From contig NW_027117350.1 in NCBI RefSeq assembly GCF_038025025.1, positions 372,001-436,000 on the forward strand: a stretch of DNA of 64,000 nucleotides. Direction: 5' to 3'. Within the stretch, counting starts at the first letter, position 1, and every line of letters begins with the position of its first letter. The notes beneath the pieces were generated by a model that saw only the letters and a list, made by a program, of their open reading frames with translations, searched no databases and was not told the origin of the DNA. Below, one piece after another: positions 60,627-64,000 of the stretch. The position numbers and the translations under genes were made by a program. This DNA is from Phyllosticta citribraziliensis (taxonomy: Eukaryota).

Positions 60627-62041
60627 CTAGTGCTCCTCGCCTTCTCCTTCCAAGAGCACATATTCCAAAATGTCGCTCAAGGTCAAGACGCCCTTGAGGC
60701 GATTCGCTTCGTCAATGACAACGAGACGGTGCACTCTTGACTTGCGAATGGTGTCGAAAATCGTATCTAATCGATCATACATGGAGCATGTATAAATTCC
60801 CGGAAAGTCCTGAAAGGCATCAGCATTGGGTTGACGGGTCCGAGACGCTCAACGTACATCATTGCGTTTGAGCAGGGCCTCGCCGACGGTCAAGTTAAGG
60901 TCGTCGTACACGCCGCCCTTGATCAGTGTAATCACGTCAACTGCCTCAAAGACGTTGATGACGACGCCTGAATACATTAGCATCAAAATCTCAAGCTGAA
61001 GGTCCGTCAATCTCACCGTCCGTATCCAGAATTGGGACGCTCGAAATGCTCTTCTTGACCAGCATATTGATGACATCCATGACGGGTGTGTCCATGTATG
61101 CTGTGGCAAGATTTTCGTACGAGCCAACATTGATTTCCTTCAGCGGCTTTCGGAGGTTCTCCGTCTCCCTCACGTTGACCGCAATGAATTTCAGAATGCG
61201 GTACTGCGTCACGACGCTGACCACCATGTGCCGTTGTGTCTCGTCATCGATGTCGACGAGGGGTATCCTTCTGGCGCGCGACTCGAGCATGCGGCGGCAA
61301 GCTTCGTATAGTGGTTTTTCGGGATGGATCGAGACCGTCTCAATCGGCATTACCCCCAGAGCTTTTTCAATATCTGTCTTTCCAATCAATATCCACACGA
61401 GTGTTCAAAGCGAGAGTCGATTTACCGCGCAGGTTGTTCAGGCGGAACTGGTCGACCTGGGCGAGGGCGTCTGGGTTGTGCCAGTAGTACTGGATGACGT
61501 TGATGTAGTCGGAGGTGGTAAGCAAGCCGGCGAACGTGGACGTCTTCGAGTCCCATAGCGGTGCTGAGACAATACCTGAAGATTACCGGCTGTCAGAGAC
61601 GTCATATGCACGTTGCCGCGCCCGGAGTGGCTTGCCGTTTTGGATGAGAATGTTCAGGCTCTTCTTCACGAGAAGGGCCGTGTCGAATATGATGAGTCGA
61701 AAGGATACAGGAAGAACGTCGTAACTCGTGCGGACCTTTAGAAAAGCCCGAATGGCGCGCTGGATCACGGACTGTTAGCGCGTGCAATCACGCCAGGGAC
61801 CGATCTTCTTCACGGCAAGTGCCGGGGCGTAGGGACCTAGACGCACCAGAGCTTCAATCTGTTCCTTGTCGACTGGAGTGAGGGGCTGTGGCGATGCGGC
61901 GTGCCTTGCCTGCGCCAGAGGCCTCAGGTAAGAGGCTGGCGTCACGAATCCGGGGCCGTTGGGAGCTGGGGAGAGCTGCTCATCAGCAGCCGGGGGCGAG
62001 GAGGTCCTGGCGGAATCCGCAGCCTCTGCTCCGGCGGACAT
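60627..62041 (-). CDS. SNF4: SNF1/AMPK gamma subunit (4 CBS domains), ~372 aa; exons 62041-61847, 61759-61636, 61575-61426, 61373-61017, 60967-60858, 60809-60627
   Basis: [26 protein letters not shown]...[40 protein letters not shown] and RVHRLVVID...LTLSDILEY. Confidence 0.96.
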
Positions 62042-62576
62042 GGCGGCTCTTGCAAGCACGAAGCCACATGGAGCTTGGATGTGGAGAGGAGCGAGCTGTT
62101 GCGCGCACAAAAGTCGCACCCGGAGGACGTCGCTGAGCGTGGTCACGATAGAATGTTTCGGTGTTGTGTTCAAGTTGCGTTAACCGCGGGCGTGTGGGGC
62201 GGCAATGATCTGCATCTCTCCACCATTCCATTCGCTTATACAAACCTGTCACGTGCATTGGGGATGACGTCCTTCTCCAAAAACGTCCGTCCCCTATTAC
62301 GTAGGTACTGGAAACTTCTGTTCTGGTGGCTCTGCTCTCTTCTGTTTCAACTCGTCATTTGAATTCAGCTAGAGAAGCTTCGGTACTCCTGTTGTCCATC
62401 ACAAATGCAAACGCCACCCAGCATCATGCAAGCAAGTACCCCTTGGTCGAACGCTCAAGAACTGCACCTGAGCAGAATTGCCCTTTCCACTCCATGTCGG
62501 ATCAGTGACCATGCCCACTTCCTCTTAGCTGTGCCACCATGATCATAAAGTCTGTTCGCCATCAAATCTTCGGCTC

Positions 62577-64000
62577 CTAGACCTTGTCTTTCCGGGCAGC
62601 TTTCAGAGCTTCCGGATTCAACTCGGGTCCTGGCTCTGCTTCCTCCTCTTCTAGAATCATCTCATTGCTGACCTGGTCCAAATCGGCCTCTCCAATGTCC
62701 CCGATGTGTTTCTTGGCTTGACCAAGAATTGATTCCGTTTCGCTGATGCCGCCCTTCTTGGTCGAGGGGTCTCCGTCCACGCCAATATTTGACTCGTTTT
62801 GCCTTGCGAGGAGTGCCTCGTTGTCAAAGCGAACAATCATGCAAGACAAATTGTCCGTGGAGAAGCGCGCGAGCGCATGGTCGACAAGCGTTTTCGACGC
62901 TGCCTGGGGGTCTTTGATGTTGCGAACCAAATCCACAGCCTCCTGGTCGGAGCAAACATCCCACAACTGCAAAGATTGTTAGCGTCCAATGCGCCTCGCT
63001 CTGAATCGGAAACTTACACCATCGCATGCCAATATTATAAACTCGTCCTGGTCCGGTTGTATTACGGTCTCCGTTGTGTAGGGGTGGCCCGTGACCAGGT
63101 CCTTCATGTACGCATCACCAAGCGCGCGGGTGACAGCAAGGACACCATTGACGCGGTTGTTGAGAATCAAGCCGCCCGCATTCGATATGCGCCTGCCTTC
63201 GTTTTCATCACTTCCCTTGTGATCATAAGACAGCCTCAGAGCTCTTCCTTTTCGGCACAAGACGATGCGCGCATCGCCGACATTTGCCGTGTAGAGCACA
63301 CGCTGGCGCGTGGCAACTTCGCGAAGCTTTGCTTCCGTGGGAGCGGCGTCCGCATTCTCTGGCGCGCCATCCTTGTTTGCAGATTGTCCGGCGCCTGCAG
63401 CATCCGGGCCAGCGGAACTGTCTGCTGTGGCGTCGGCTGCCGCCTTTGCCGAAGCTGCGGCGGCGAGAGGTGCGATGGAGGTGGAACCAGTTGCAGACTG
63501 CGAGTTTGGTACCCTGTCTTCCCAGCGCAATACTGCAATCACAGCAGTACAGCCGCTGTTCTTCAATGGAAGTTTTTCCAGCTGCTGATCAACGTTGGTG
63601 AAGGTCTGGTCCAACAACTCAGGAATTGGCGTGTTGGGGTGCTTTCGAATGGCGTCTTCGAGGAGGAGGTGGAGCTTTTTGCCACACCAATCGGCGGCAA
63701 AAGTGCCCGCGTGACCGTCGAATATTGCAAAATAGCCATTGTCGGTCTCGACGACGGTTTGGTCGGCCGAATCAGAGGCGCTTGTTTTCGAGTCTTGGGT
63801 GGAAATGGAGCCTTTGCGCGTCGAATCCAGGAGCGGCTGGGGAGTGCTTAGGAAGTTGTACAGGTAGGCATGGGTGTCTTCCATGGTCCTACGGCATTTC
63901 TTGTTCTTGTCCTCGGTGACGCCAACCCTGAAAGTGGAGTGGGCACCCGGTAACGAGTCCCCGGCGGAGTTGTTCTGGGAGCCTTGTGGGACGCTCAGAG
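62577..64000 (-). CDS. PTC1: Protein phosphatase 2C Ptc1 (5' end lies outside the window); exons >64000-63018 and 62966-62577
   Basis: [62 protein letters not shown] and FSTDNLS. Confidence 0.96.

Noticed and set aside
62562..62579. PTC1 stop readthrough would add EPKI (weak PTS1-like)
   Set aside because: TAG-G is not a readthrough-prone context and PKI is a poor PTS1.

Overview
Eukaryotic, intron-containing DNA from a filamentous ascomycete. It is probably a Dothideomycete; the moderately high GC and SSR-rich intergenic DNA are reminiscent of Botryosphaeriales/Phyllosticta, but this is inference only. Twelve protein-coding genes can be reconstructed with consistent splice phases: a HAD-IIA hydrolase (-), an uncharacterised protein with a HEIP1/REDIC1-like N-terminus (+), PLC1 (+), IMP4 (-) divergent from UPF1/NAM7 (+), an Mdb1/MDC1-like tandem-BRCT protein (+), a secreted Cys-rich/Gly-rich protein with several Kex2-type sites (-), an NCS1 permease (-) divergent from a 2OG-Fe(II) dioxygenase (+), an amino-acid permease (-), SNF4 (-) and the 3' part of PTC1 (-). 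PLC1 is flanked by two large, microsatellite-dense gene deserts (about 9.4-17.5 kb and 21.6-35.3 kb). The 43.3-51.8 kb stretch looks accessory and carries an isolated ATM1 gene fragment. No tRNA, rRNA, CRISPR array or intact transposon could be supported. The best leads are the secreted multi-peptide precursor, the PLC1 5' leader (uORF, possible non-AUG extension, stop-creating CAG/TAG tandem acceptor), the HEIP1-like protein and the permease-dioxygenase-permease nitrogen-scavenging module. All family assignments come from motif recognition by eye; no searches were run.
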